The notes: generated from the letters alone by a model not told the origin. Counted from the first letter of the whole stretch, positions 37,401 to 50,930 are shown. The stretch: DNA of 59,913 nt, filler included, from Dugesia japonica (GCA_001938525.1; 6 parts of 6 records of this genome joined end to end with filler, not necessarily neighbours in it); one strand, 5' to 3'. Numbers and translations are program-made.

Positions 37401-40366
37401 TAAAAATAAGATTATACATCCATACAAGTGTTCATGCATAGTTCAGATATCAATAACATTGTTTGCTTACGATTATTAATAGTTAATATGTTGTTCATAA
37501 TTACAAGTTATTTACACCAATCCTTCTTCTTCTAATCTATTTCTTCTTCTACGTTTTGGCGAGTTTAGAATGGGATTGATGCTTTGTGTTTGGAGAGAAT
37601 TTTAGTGACGATTGACTGAGAGAGGTTGGTATACACGCGAAATGATGGTTTAAACTTGACTTCCTCTGCTTTTGTTCGTGGATTTGGTTTCTAGAGCTGC
37701 TGGGTTTAAGGTTTGTTTGGGTTTTTATTTTGGTGGGTCTTGAATTACTGGTCCTCTTAGTCGTAGTGGTGCAGGTGCGATTCCACATGTAACTACTGTC
37801 TGCAAAACTGGTTGTAGAGCCATATTGGTTTGTTCTAGGTTTTTATCATATCAATTTGCTCGATTAGTTCCTGTTTTCTCGGAGTTAGTTCCCTGTCTTT
37901 GTTTTGGCAGATAGCTCTCAATTTTATGATTTGTATTGCTCGTAATATTTACATTTTTTGTTGATAATCTTGAATTACATGTTCGAATTCTCGGGAAAAT
38001 TTGCCGATTCCGATTCGGGCTCTTTCTCTATTAGTTAAGGATTGGTAATAATTGGTTTATGAATTCTAGTTTATTTTTTAAGAATTGGGTTATGAAAGGT
38101 TTTAATTGTAGGGTTTCTTGTGTGGATCAATTATTCCTTTGTTTGATTAGTAGTTTATTCTTGAGTTTTTTTCTTTCTGGTTCTAAACATTCAAATTTGC
38201 TTTACCAATTTCTAGCCTGAGTTAAGGAATTTATTTTGGCTTTGGTTTCATTGAGAGTTCGTTTCACTATTTTCTTTTGGCAATGGAAAAGTTGTTGTTT
38301 GATTTATAATTCTTTTTTTACTTTATTTATTTGTATTTCCAAGCCGCCCATGTAATTCCGTAATTGTATATTAAGAAGTGCATTTTGTTTTGCGTCGAAT
38401 TCCCATTTTCGGGCTTCTGGAATGATTATTAATGATTTATCTTGCTCTCGCAAGATTTGGATTTCATTTCGCAGGTTCATTTTCGTGGTTCATTTTCTGA
38501 AAAAAATAAGAATGATAAACAATAAGAAGATTTAGAGAAACACGATTTTTTTAGATAAAGCAATTTTATATACAGTAATTTACATAACTATATTTTTGAC
38601 ATCATTGGTTTAATTTTATCCCATGTTCTCGATTTGCTTAGTTATCAAATCATGTTGCATAGCTACTAGTAGCATCGTGTAATTTTGTTTTTCCTCTGTA
38701 TTATCTATCATTCGTCGATTTTATATCACTTTCTGTCGATACATTAAGGTTTCTTCATACATGCTTTTGCTTTGTAATTGCAGTACTTTAATTTTGAATT
38801 CTAGATTGCACCATTCATGGGGTTTCATGATTATCAAGGTTTGTAGTAATTGGTTTTCACTATGTTCTATTTCTTCTCATCTTTGTTGGATCCATTGAGT
38901 TTGGGTTTTGAGCTATCCCATAATTCTTTATTTTAATTTTTCCATATTTCATTTATAGTGACTTACGGGGGTACAACAGTTTGATTACTGTATATTGTAG
39001 GACTACTACATATGTGACTTGTTGAATTTGAGCTGATTAGATCGATTTTGGATTCCATTTCTTCGGTGTCACTTATATTGGAATATTAATTTTTTGTTTC
39101 TGTGATACTCATTTATGAATAAGAAGGATTGATTATTGCTATTTTCATATATACTTGCATATATACGTAAGGTCATCTTATTANTGTTGCATTTGAAGAT
39201 ATTTACACAATTTACAATGAGTCACTTTTATTTAATATGTCGCTATCCCCATTGTCTGATAGTACATAGGTACGAAGGGAGGTAAGTCGCTTGGTACAGG
39301 CCCGCTTGGGATCCATTTATAATTTGATGGGATAATGGTTTTTGCCGTTCTCTTCTAGTTTAAGTAAGTCTTTTTTGATTGGACTTCGATTTTTTGCATA
39401 TGCAAATACATATTATACTTATTACTATCACCGCCGTTGTAGTACCTCCAACTTTTAGTGCTTATTCCGTCCAGTAGTCTTTCGTTATTTCGATGTAGTG
39501 TCTGGTAAACTTTCTGTGGTTGGCATGTCTGTTAAGTCTATGTGATTTCCATTCGGTTTGAATTTTCCTAGATTTTCCAATAAATTCTTTAGAAATTTGG
39601 ATCGACTTTCTTTAATTTCTTCTTTCTCTTCCATTGCTTTGTCTTGTGTGGTTAGCTCTTGTGTCTCTTGTAATTTAGAGGTATACGTTGATGTAGGTTT
39701 TTCAATCTCCTGCTTTGTTTTTCTAGTAGTGTTTAATTTCGGTAATTTTATAATGATAACTTGGTTTATAGCTGTGGCGTATTCTATTTCCAGCAGTTTC
39801 CTCTTTAATTTCCACATTTCCAATCCTTTTTGGAAACATTTTTATATTCCGTAAATATTTCGTTTCTTTCTCATAACCATTTTTCGAACCTGTAGTATCT
39901 TTGTATCAGTACTCTTTCTATTTTTTCATAGAATTCCCAATCAATATCTTTATCTCTTGATATAACATCAACAATAATTGTCGCATTATTATTTCAGTTG
40001 GCATTTTGTTTTCTGCTGTGTTTCCACCATATCTCCCCTGAGATACTGCTGCTAACTTCCGGGTTTGATGGTTTACTGAGGTTGTCAGTGGTTTTATTTT
40101 ATTGCTTCCTCCTCGTGTTGACTTGCTGGTGATCTCGTTCTAGGTCTACCTCAATTCCTTCGTTCCTTTAGTGTTTCCACATCGACCTTTATTCCCATAG
40201 TTTCTGATTCTCTTTCTTCCTCTGCTTCTGTCAGGTTTTCTATCTCTAACGGGTGGTTTTGGTCCATCAGCTCTTCCATTACCGATGTATGAAATTCATT
40301 TGCAATCTTTCTCAATATTGGGGACAATGATAGTTCTTAGATTTCATCTTTCTTGTCTATGTCCAT

Positions 40367-41390
40367 TAGGGAATGAAAAACCGAAAGGAATTTTGAAAAC
40401 CGGTTTACCGAAAATTGGATACTTCAAAAAAGAATTCAGAGGATTAAATTATTGAACTGTATTTCATATTTTATTTCAATGTAATAATATTATTCCATCT
40501 TTATAATAATTTATTAAAAAATGATATATTGTAATAGAAAATTACAAATTAGCGTTAAATAAGCGTTTTAGTTCTATATATTTTTAATTGTTTTTATGTA
40601 ACCTCACAGGAAACCAAAGCGTCAATTGACTCATCGTTCAAGTTTGTTCGAAGTTTCAAACAGATTTGACCTGCAGCCAAAAATGATCATCAGCCTTAAC
40701 ACCTGTAGGATTGTTCATAAATTTGTTGGGTAAATTTGCCCCGTGTTCCATCTTCTTCAAACAACGCCATTTCTTTTTTCAAAAAATTAGAATTATCTTG
40801 GGTTTTTGTTTTTTCCGGTAATCACACAATTTACTTTTATTGATTTAGCTTGATCAAATAGTTCCTTCATACTAAGGTTTCCAAATCGGTTCTGTGGTTC
40901 CTTAATTTTTTAAACTTTACAATCATTATAGTCTTCATCACTATTTTCATTACTAACGTTCTCTTTTACATTAATTAAATAGTATTTATGTGCTAATTTC
41001 AACAAGGATTTGAGTACTACAGTTTTGATGAGTTTAGGAAATAAAATCTTTTCATAGTCATCTGCTGTTAACGTTTCTTTAATTACTTCAAATGCGTGAT
41101 ATAAATAATGAATAATATCCAAAATTTTGGCGCAACGTTCATGAATACGTTTTGTTATTGCATTTAATAATTCAGTACCTATTGGTCAAGTTCATGGAAT
41201 AAGAATTTAAATGTTGTGTCAGCATTAATAAAATTAGCATCATTGCGATACAATGCTTCAACCGCTACTTTAACAGGAACTAAAGAAGAAATAGCCTATG
41301 AAATGATGTTATATTTATTGTCAGAGACACTGATTGTCAATTTCAAATCTATATTTGATTTTTGAATTTAGCTTCTTAGATGGCTATAAC
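40367..41390 (-). mobile_element. hAT transposon relic (C-terminal transposase and one terminus)
   Basis: SLVPVKVAVEALYRNDANL...KRIHERCAKILDIIHYL; dimerisation-domain-like FLAAGQICLKLRTNLNDESIDAL; terminus TAGGGAATG with ACCG subterminal motifs at 40367. Confidence 0.75.
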
Positions 41391-41480
41391 TCTTAATTTT
41401 TAAAATTTTTAACAATTTTTCAAAAAAAACTAATTTATTTTCTCATAAAAATGTTTTCAATAATAATATTTTATTAAAAT

Positions 41481-41977
41481 AGTAGGTAGCTAGTGGCGCT
41501 ACGGCATATTTTTTCCCAGCACAATTTGGGGGGATCCCCCCTCCCCCGGGGAGCTCGGAAACACATTACGATTGTACTATGATTTTTTAGTTAGTTTTTT
41601 TTTCTAAGATTTTCGGGATCAAAAATTTTTCGATCGGATCAAAAATTTTTCGATCGGATCAAATTTTTTTTGATCGGATAATTTTTTTTGATCCTGAAAG
41701 TGCGTATTTGTGTATTTTTTTTAAGTTTAAAATTTGTGTGTGTTTTGGATGTTGAGAGCTTTTTTAAAAAATAGGTCAAGTTGAGTTTGTGTGTGTGGTT
41801 GTGTGTGTGTGAAGGAATGGTTTCGGATTCGAGGAGTAGCTGGAGATCTTAGAAATAATTTTTTTGTTGTTTTTAAGATTTGTTTGTTGTTGGACAAAAA
41901 TTTGGTCTATACATTGTTTAATTGACTTATGGTGTGTGATGGATGGTTTTTACTAGAAGGGTAATGGCGTCACGGAA
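41481..41977 (+). mobile_element. Polinton-type terminal region, same family as 33940-34444
   Basis: Starts AGTAGGTAGCTAGTGGCGC; about 20-bp GGATCAAAAATTTTTCGATC tandem; runs into the contig end. Confidence 0.75.
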
Positions 41978-42077
41978 NNNNNNNNNNNNNNNNNNNNNNN
42001 NNNNNNNNNNNNNNNNNNNNNTTAATTAATTAANNNNNNNNNNNNNNNNNNNNNNNNNNNNNNNNNNNNNNNNNNNN

Positions 42078-42111
<34 letters not shown>

Positions 42112-42817
42112 TATAAAATGAAAGATTGTTGAAAGTTTTTCTGTCAAATTATGAAATAATAATATCACATGAAAAAACTTTAAATAAATTACAATTATTA
42201 TTTATTTTAATTATTAAATTATAATTTCATTTTAGATTCGGAAATTAACAAATGATACCATTGATGAATACAAAGCCAGTATTAGCCGCCAAATTGCTGA
42301 TCTCGATGCTAGAATATTACATTTACAATCACTTAGTTCAAGAGGATCAGTTGATTTCGATGAAAGAATAAAAGAGGTAAAATTTATTTTAATTTTATTG
42401 ATAAAAATTATTTTTATAATTATAATAAATATAGCAGTTTATTTCGAGTAATTATTTATTTAAAACATGTGTGCGTTGTGAATATATTCTCAATTCTTTA
42501 TAGAATATATAAAATGTAATTTAAAATTGTAATAAATTTATACGTTGATTGATCCTTTATACAGAACTTAGCGCACTGTATCACCTCCCGTACTGTACTT
42601 TATCACTTTTCAAAGTGATATAGAATCTCATTGGTCGAAAATCTATGAGCGGGAAATATAAAATTATTTTTAATTTTCGTTTTTTATTTAAATAATGTAT
42701 TGGTTTTAATGAAAATTTTTTGCGGATAATTTGAATTTAATTTTTTTTACAAGAAAATATTTATTTTGTTTTAAATGAATGAATAAAATGTTTTTCTTTT
42801 GAAAATATTTATTTGTT

Positions 42818-43330
42818 TTAATAACATGAAACATTTTTACAGGTAATTATATAATCAAGTGTCAAGAAGTCACGTAGAGAGAATGACATAAATGATTTAC
42901 TTGACCGTTTTCGATTTGCGTCTGTTCCATACCCTATCGGTGCAATACAAATGTGCCTACTGTCTCCATTATAATTTAAAATAGCTTTAATCATTGCTTT
43001 TTTATTATATGTTTCACTAGCACCTTCGATTTTTATATTATTAAATGAAAGAATTACATCTTCAAACAATCAATGAAACTTGTAGTTGCTGGGCACCACT
43101 TCGGTATTATCAGACAAATTTTTTCAATATTTATTAACTACTTCTACTTTGACATACAATAAAGTATCATTCAAATCTAGATATTCCGTTTGTGATCTGT
43201 TTATATAAAACTATCATTTTTGGATTCAGTTATTGAATTCATTGGAAACACATCTTCAAATGCACCATATTTAATTCGCTAGTTTGTTTTTCCAAATACT
43301 TCAATAACATCATCATTGGTAATCAATATT
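42818..43330 (-). pseudogene. Polinton major capsid protein (double jelly-roll), N-terminal relic
   Basis: EYLDLNDTLLYVKVEV...VVPSNYKFH*LFEDVILSFNNIKIEGASETYNKKAMIKAILNY fits the recalled consensus YIDL..T.LYVK...P.NN..HSLF..V.V.LN......Y.YRAYIETLLNY. Confidence 0.75.
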
Positions 43331-43589
43331 TTTTTTGTTATCAACTGTAACATTCATCTTTTCCTGCTACTTATTCAATTTCGGATGTGTTATAAAAGGG
43401 AAAATTTTACAAAGATGAAATCCAGCTATGCTACTACCCATTGACCTTCCAGATAAATCGAATTTTTAAGCTTAACAATGATATTATTAGCATTATTATA
43501 CGGAGGAATAAGTCAAAATCTATTACTCGGTAAAAGTGTATAGAAATTATTATTTTTGTTCATTTTTCTTTGTAGAATTCTTCTTAGTT

Positions 43590-44591
43590 CAATTAACTGA
43601 TTGAGATGCAGATACTCAAATAGGTTTCTCGTATCCATGCCAATTTACACTTAATTATTTATTTTCATTACTCCCATTTGATTTGATAATCTTTTTGATT
43701 CTAAATACGATTGGTTTTTATTGCATCACTTGCAATTCTTGTTTATTAAATTTCCCAACTGTGAAATTATTTTAATTGTCTTTAATCACATACGTTATTG
43801 AATTCTGTTTGGTATTGATTTTTAATATTTGAAAAATTTCATTGCTCCAATTACTATTGAAATTCTTGATGAATGGTGAAGCCGATATCTGTGAGAATCT
43901 AACATGATCACCAACTTTATTTAGGTTTCTTAATTACTTTTGATTGTTGTCTCAAAAACCATAACTTCATTGAATTATCCATTTAATCCCTTGTGACTTC
44001 TATGGTTTTATAACCATCAATTATTTTTTGCTACACATGAATCCAGGTTTTATTACTAGTATGGTCAAAGTACTGTTTCAATGCATCTCTCAATTTTCAA
44101 TTAAATCTTTCAACATATACTGCTTTTTACTGAAAAAATGTAGAATAATGGTTAATGTTGAGATAATATAATATTCTTAACTTTTGAATTGTAGAATTCT
44201 TCACCCATATGAGTTTTTAAATTATCTGGATGTCAATATGTAAACATTTACTTGATTGCGGCTTCTATTTCATTATCTGATTTTGGTTTTACCGGAGTAG
44301 CTCTCGCAAATCTGCTAAATACATTAATACATGTCAAAATGTACTTATATCCCGTATTAATTTTCGAAAAGGGCATCAAATCCATTTGCCATAACTCATC
44401 AATTCCAAATATTTTATGCGGTCTTATCGGAAATATTTTCAACTGTGGTTTGTTCATATTGTATGCTAACTGGTTCGATAACCACATTTTCGATCGCTTT
44501 TGGAATTTTTTGTTGCTTCCCATAAGTTTTCTACTCCTTTGAATTCTGATGGATTTCGTGGATCTGTCAATATCGTTTTGATTCTGTCCAT
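43590..44591 (-). pseudogene. Polinton-type retroviral-like integrase with C-terminal chromodomain-like tail
   Basis: MDRIKTILTDPRNPSEFKGVENL; GIDELWQMDL..FSKINTGYKYILTCINVFSRFA.ATPVKPKS; VGDHVR; NWSNEIF; VNWHGYEKP. Frameshifted. Confidence 0.9.
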
Positions 44592-45958
44592 TACAACAGT
44601 TTGATGTAAAACTGATATAAGATCTTTATAATGATTCCAAAATACTCATTGACTATGTAAAATTTGATAGACTTAATGCTATTAATTCGATTGCTATTAA
44701 TGCCGCTATAAAAATCCCGTTTTGTTTATACATTACTTTACTCATCAATTTCTCATTATTGACATTTAGAAATATTAACAGTGAATTTTTGTGATTTTGT
44801 AATACTGGATTTTTAACTTTGCTTATATTTGTATTACCACAATCAACATTTATGATTATCTCTAGTAAAGTATAAACAACAAATGATTGAAATGATTTTA
44901 AAATTTTCACTATAATTTCTTTTGGATAAATACATATGATAAATAAATACATGAATGTTTTTTGTATATAACTTTATCCATTTTTCATTTTTAAGTTTCT
45001 TTCCTCTCGCTTTCCTTTTCTTTCTAAATATGTTCATTTGATTCTTCGATTATATTTTCTTTATCTGTTTCTTATCTTCAAGTCGTTATTACTCTCGAGT
45101 TTTGAACAACTATTTTGTTGATCAACTAAAACTTTTTGAAAGTTTGTCATTGTATAAATAGATAATTAATTCAATTGTTTATACACTGTGATTCCATTCG
45201 GGATGAAAATATCAGTTCCCACTCTAGGTTTGTTTGGGCATTGTTATGTAAAGTTATGTAACATATTTGAATAAATCCATAAAACCTGTTAATTATTTTG
45301 GTTATTATTTGATAGAAAATCAAAAGCAGTTTAATCTCTTGGATTTTTAAATATAACCAAGTATTGCACATTCAATTTAAATTCTCTGTGACTTTCTCCT
45401 TGATGAAATAAATTTTTAGTAATTAAAACCACAGTCACCTTACAGTGATATCATTGTGAGTAAATTGTTAAAGTAATTTTCTTTGTTAGCTTCTTGATAT
45501 AGATCATTAACAATCACATCACCATTAGTCAATGTCTTGCACCAAGTTTCATTGAATTCGTTTATAAGTTTCATTTTTATATCACAGAATTCAGATTGAG
45601 TTAATCTATGCTCTTTATCAGCTCCTCTATGCTGGTATATTTTATTAAATCNTGATTTAAATAAATTTGATTTCAAAATCTGACACACAAACAATGTTTT
45701 CATGATTGGAAATATTTTAATTTAGATATATGTTGATGTTAGCTTTATATTTCATTAAAAGGTTATTACAAATAATTATTGTATAATTATTAAAGTACAT
45801 TTGTTATAATAAGGCGTGTTAGTAAAATTTTGATATTACTTAAATATATAAACTATTTTAAAGTATTCATTAATTTTTTAAGTAAAAACTATATTTACAA
45901 TATTTTACTCTTTGTTACCTAATATATTCGTATAATTTTATAAATATTTGTGTTAAAT

Positions 45959-47243
45959 ATGGCTTTGATATCGATAGATATTAGGAAATTAGTCATTCAA
46001 AGATTGAAAGAGGGTTTGTCTCAGAGGAAAGTTGCAATTCAACTTAATATTTCAAGGCTTACTGTAACACATATTATACTCAAGACGAAACAACAGAAAT
46101 TTATTTAAAAGTAGATGTAAGCCGAAAAATACACAAAGATCTGAAAGATCACTTATTCGTATATCAATGAAAACGGCATGTCATCTTTTGATTGATTGGA
46201 AAACAAGTCAAACTTCCTCAGTTAGTACTATCAAGCGTATTCTGAGAAAGTACGGCTTGTTTAGACGGATTGCAGCGAAGAAGCCCTTATTAAATGGGCG
46301 ACATATCAAGAATCGCTTAAAGTGGTACAAAGACTATGGAAAACTGCTTCTTTCTTTTTTGAATAACGCCATATTTACTGAAGAATGTAGGATAGAACTN
46401 TTCTCCAGAAGAAGAGAGTACGTCTGCAGACAACAACGATCCCGATATAATCCGAAATATACCAAGAAAACTGTGAAATTCGGAGGTAAGAGTTTGGTGG
46501 TTTGAGTCGCAATCAAAGAAGATGGCTCCGTAGTTCTTATAAGGTGTTTAGATCGGATTAATTCTGTTGCCTATATAGACGTATTAAATAAAGGTTTGCT
46601 GCCAATATATGAGGCACAGAATATATTTCAGCAGGACGGAGCTCCATGCCATAAATCAAGATTTTTGTCTTCATTTTTGGAAAAATCAAAATTATGTGTG
46701 CTCAGTGATTGACAGGTCCAGTAACCAGATCTGAATATAATTGAGCCATTGTCGGCAGATCTGAAAGCCAGGGTTGTGAGCTGTAGGCCGGTAAATATTG
46801 AGACACTTTTGAGGAATTCTGAGGAGCAGTTGATGATGATTCCGATATCTAAAATTAAAAATCTGTATTCAAACATGCTAAGAAGGATCCAAGAAGTAAT
46901 CAAAAATAAAGGCATGAATACAAGTTACTAATTTCGAGTAACTGAATTTTTTATGAGGTATGCCGTTCAATAAAATGTGTTAGGTCAATTGAAATGTTAA
47001 TAAAAAAATGTTTCATGGTCTTACATTCTTGTATTCAAATTGACTTAAAAATTCATGTTTTTGAAAAAATCAGTTTTTCTACATTTACAAAAGTTATACT
47101 TTGGAAATATTTGATTGGAAACATGTACTTCAACATATTCTNNNNNNNNNNNNNNNNNNNNNNNNNNNNNNNNNNNNNNNNNNNNNNNNNNNNNNNNNNN
47201 NNNNNNNNNNNNNNGGGTGGCTCAAAACATTTGGACGACATTG
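45959..47243 (+). mobile_element. Tc1-family (DD34E) transposon, pseudogenised, nested in the Polinton relic
   Basis: HTH GLSQRKVAIQLNISRLTV; AAKKPLL; TVKFGGKSLVV; FQQDGAPCHKS; PDLNIIE; ORF remnant 45959-46931; right TIR-like GGGTGGCTCAAAACATTTGGACGACATTG followed by TA. Left TIR not found. Confidence 0.9.
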
Positions 47244-49498
47244 TATATATTGTATTGTATTATGTTTAATGAAATTGTTTAATGTACGTAATCAGACTGA
47301 ACCATTTACATTATCATTGATATCTTAATAATACTAGATTTGAATAAATTACCCGAGAAAATATGAATGATTGAGCAATACGAATACAATGCGAGTGCAA
47401 TACTAATACAGTTGATGACCAATACGAATGCAACTAAAAAAAATTTTAAGAATATTATATTGTGGTATTTGAAAAAAAATTAACAACACGAAAAAAATCT
47501 ACTTCATAAAAAATAAAATATCAAATTATCAAATGTTAAAATTTATTTCCTAAAACTAAAAATTCAAACTTAAAATTTATAACCAAAACTTTTTTCAAAG
47601 GTAAACTTTACAAAATTAAAATTTATTAAATTAAAATATTTTTGAAAAGACAAATTAATTTACTTAAAATTTAATTTTAAATTAAAATTTGAAATTATAA
47701 TAAAAAAATAAATAATACAAATGCAATAAAATAATAATTCAAATTACCTTATTATTGTTCGTGTAATTAAAACAAATAAAGAATTTTCCTCAAAAACGTT
47801 TGAATTAAAATTTCCCGCGGAAAATTTTTCAGCCAATGAAATTCTATATCACTTTGAAGAGTGAGCGAATTTTTTTCTTAAAAGTGCGATGATCATTGAC
47901 AATTTTTCCTTAATAAAGTGATTCTTTGATAAACATTCTAAGGTTTTAGTGATTTCTGCAGAAAGTAAGTGCAACATAGACTTGACATTTAGCGAAAACT
48001 GGTTTAATCAAATGCGCACTAACTTTATCAAAACGATTAGAGTTGGACCTTATTAATAGTCATGGGAATGCCAAGATTACTGAAAAATTTTAAGCAAATA
48101 AATTAAGATATACAGGCTTAAGATTTAAAACCTTAAAATTTATAAAATATTTTGTGTAACTGAAGTGTTCAAGAGTGAGTCAGTCAATGTGTGAATTGGG
48201 TAATCATATTAAAGATATTTGAAAATAATTGCTTTTAAAATTTATTTAAACTTTCATGTGAATTTACAAATTTTAAATTGCTAAATTATTTTTGTCAGAA
48301 ATGTTGAATTAAATAAGTACGTTTTAATTAAATCACGTTGCAATTATTTCTAAAACAATTATATGACATTCTTATTTATCTCATAAAATGTTCCTTAATA
48401 GTTAAAACCATTTTTTTAACAATTTCAAAAAGATTATTTTGATTCATATTTTTTACTTTTTTTGAAAAATTCAAATTTATATAAAGTATTATAAATAATT
48501 ATCAACCAATTAAATTTGTTGAATATCAACAGTTAAACAAAGTTTACGAGAAGTGTTTTATTAATGCTGAAAAAGAATAAATTCAGTGACTATTTTTCAC
48601 ATACAAATTTTTGTTTTTCTACATGTTTGTTTCAAAGAAAATGAAAACACACACTCCTTAATATTTTTGCCCAAATTGAAAATGGGATATATTAAAAATA
48701 GTTTATTGAAGAGAATTTGTTTTCAAATTGACAACGATGATGTTATATTATATATTAGTAGAAATTTATTTACAAACGTTTGTTTTATTAATTATTTATT
48801 CATCATTATCTTTTCTTATTGTCTGCTAATTAAATTTCCTTATCTGTATAATTTTTGAAATAATTAATCCAATTTTTAATTCATTTATGTTTCAATTTAA
48901 ATTTTTATTATTATTGTAAATCCGTTATCATAAAAATCGTTGTTGTATTTACCTGTTTAACTATAAATAGGGATTATAATTATTTGAAAAATTAAAATGA
49001 ATTAAAGTAAAATAGATTTCATTAAAATAAAGGTTGCCTGTATCTAGTATTGCTTAAATCTTTGTTTGAATAATCTCATTTTTCATTTTGTCTAATTATG
49101 ACTGTTGATTCGTTGAAATATATCACAATAAAGTTTCATTTTAAATGGCATTATTTATTTTTTATAACAATTATTATTATTATATTAATAATAATTATTA
49201 TTAAAAAAATTTTATTTATATAAACTTTATAAATTTGCTATTTTATTATTTAGAAAAAAACATTTGAAAGGTATGTATTAATGTAGATTTTCATTAGACC
49301 TATTTTCATGANTAAATATTTTATTATATCTGAATTATGGTTATAAAAAGCTGAGATATATTTCTGAATTACTATTAAAATAACTACTAAGGTTATGTTT
49401 ATTATTCAGTTTTCATCGATTTTAAAATTTTTCGTACTTTGAAAGTTCTTATGATATTAAATATTTTTTTTTATTGAATCATTTTTTTTGTAAAAAAA

Positions 49499-49743
49499 AG
49501 TAGTCACGTACATCAGCACTGTACCACCTCGTCCACCCGGAGAAGAAAATGCTTTATTCAGTTATCCAGAAGGTTGCAATCCGATTTAATAATTTTTTTC
49601 CTTCTTATTGTGTATGTGTGTTGAATTTTTATCGAGCGATGAGTCATTTATTGCGTCATGCTGAGTAGTGTGTAAGTAGCTGATTATTCAGCTGCTTACT
49701 TACTTCATTGTAAGAAGGTAGTATAGTGCTGACGTATCTAATT
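49499..49743. mobile_element. About 245-bp MITE with Polinton-like ends
   Basis: AGTAGTCACGTACATCAGCACTGTACCACCT versus inverted AGGTAGTATAGTGCTGACGTATCTAATT. Confidence 0.55.
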
Positions 49744-50756
49744 ATTCAAAAACTCATTCTTGAACATGAACAACCTACTTAGTTTTACTAATTTGAATAT
49801 TGCTATAAATTATTAACGAAATCCAAAAAAATATTATTCCTGGGTCAATTTTAGCTGCTTTCTAATAAAATTCCATTTGTTTTATTTAAATTTCAAGAAA
49901 TTTATGAAAGAGTGATGCAAGTGAATTGTGTACATTGGTGTACAGCAAGCATGTTTACTTTTGAATAGGGATTGGCAAACAACCGAAAAGTAGAATCAAG
50001 TTGGTTAAATATTATACCGTTTCCAATAGTTTCTATAAATTGTAAAATATTCATTGCAGCTAAGCAAAATAAATTCGCGAAAATATTCCGTTTAATTGTA
50101 CTAAAATCTCTCTTGAATATGGAGAAATTTATTAAGATTTATAAATATTTTAATCATTAAATGCTTGCAATTTATTAAATATTATTAGTTATTTATTATA
50201 TATATTATTTTAGTTGCTTTTTAAAAAAGATTATATTTTTATATCATATATGAATAAAATTCATTATATTAATTATTTATATTATACTTGAGAATATAAT
50301 TGCTGAAGTTTTAAAAAACTATAGATATACTGCAAAAATACATAATATGCCTCTGAAATTTTGTATATCGCATTATTATTATTATTTATAACTATTATAA
50401 TTTTTTGTCACAATAAAATTGCATTTATTTTCACGCATTTATTAATTTAATAGTAGTATTGCTAGGATTATGTGAGTTTTACCTTTTCATTTAATCATGC
50501 ATTGGTTTTGATTATTTAATTAGTTGATTTTTGCAGTTAATGGGTTATTATTGATGAAATTACTAGTTGATAATAATGGTCACCCGTCAAAATAGGCCCA
50601 TCAAAAATTTTATTGTTATTAATAAATTGTTTTATTATATTATGTATTATTATTATAATCATTATTATTATTTTTAAGATATTTTGTATTGGTCTTTTTT
50701 GCTTGGGATTATTATAATTAATAATAATAATGATTTTACAATTACAATTATTGTGA

Positions 50757-50930
50757 GAATAATTATTGGACATAACCATTGATCGTTTTACAGCATTCAT
50801 TTAAAATAAAAGCTTCGATCAAAATTTTGTTGTTTTTATTTGGTATTTGATAACAATTGTTGTTATAACAACAATTGTTATCAAATACCAAAAAAAGAAC
50901 AAAATTTTGATCGAGGCTATTATTTTGAAT
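50757..50930. mobile_element. Palindromic MITE copy with perfect spacer-less core
   Basis: Perfect palindrome at 50839-50892 inside the family arms. Confidence 0.75.

Larger units (their letters stand above)
42568..47865 (-). mobile_element. Deleted Polinton/adintovirus-like element carrying integrase and major capsid relics
   Basis: TCACTTTTCAAAGTGATATAGAATCTCATTGG...GCGGGAAAT (42603-42658) is inverted at 47810-47865. TAGCGCACTGTATCACC is shared with the 10335 TIR. Extreme termini are eroded. Confidence 0.75.
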
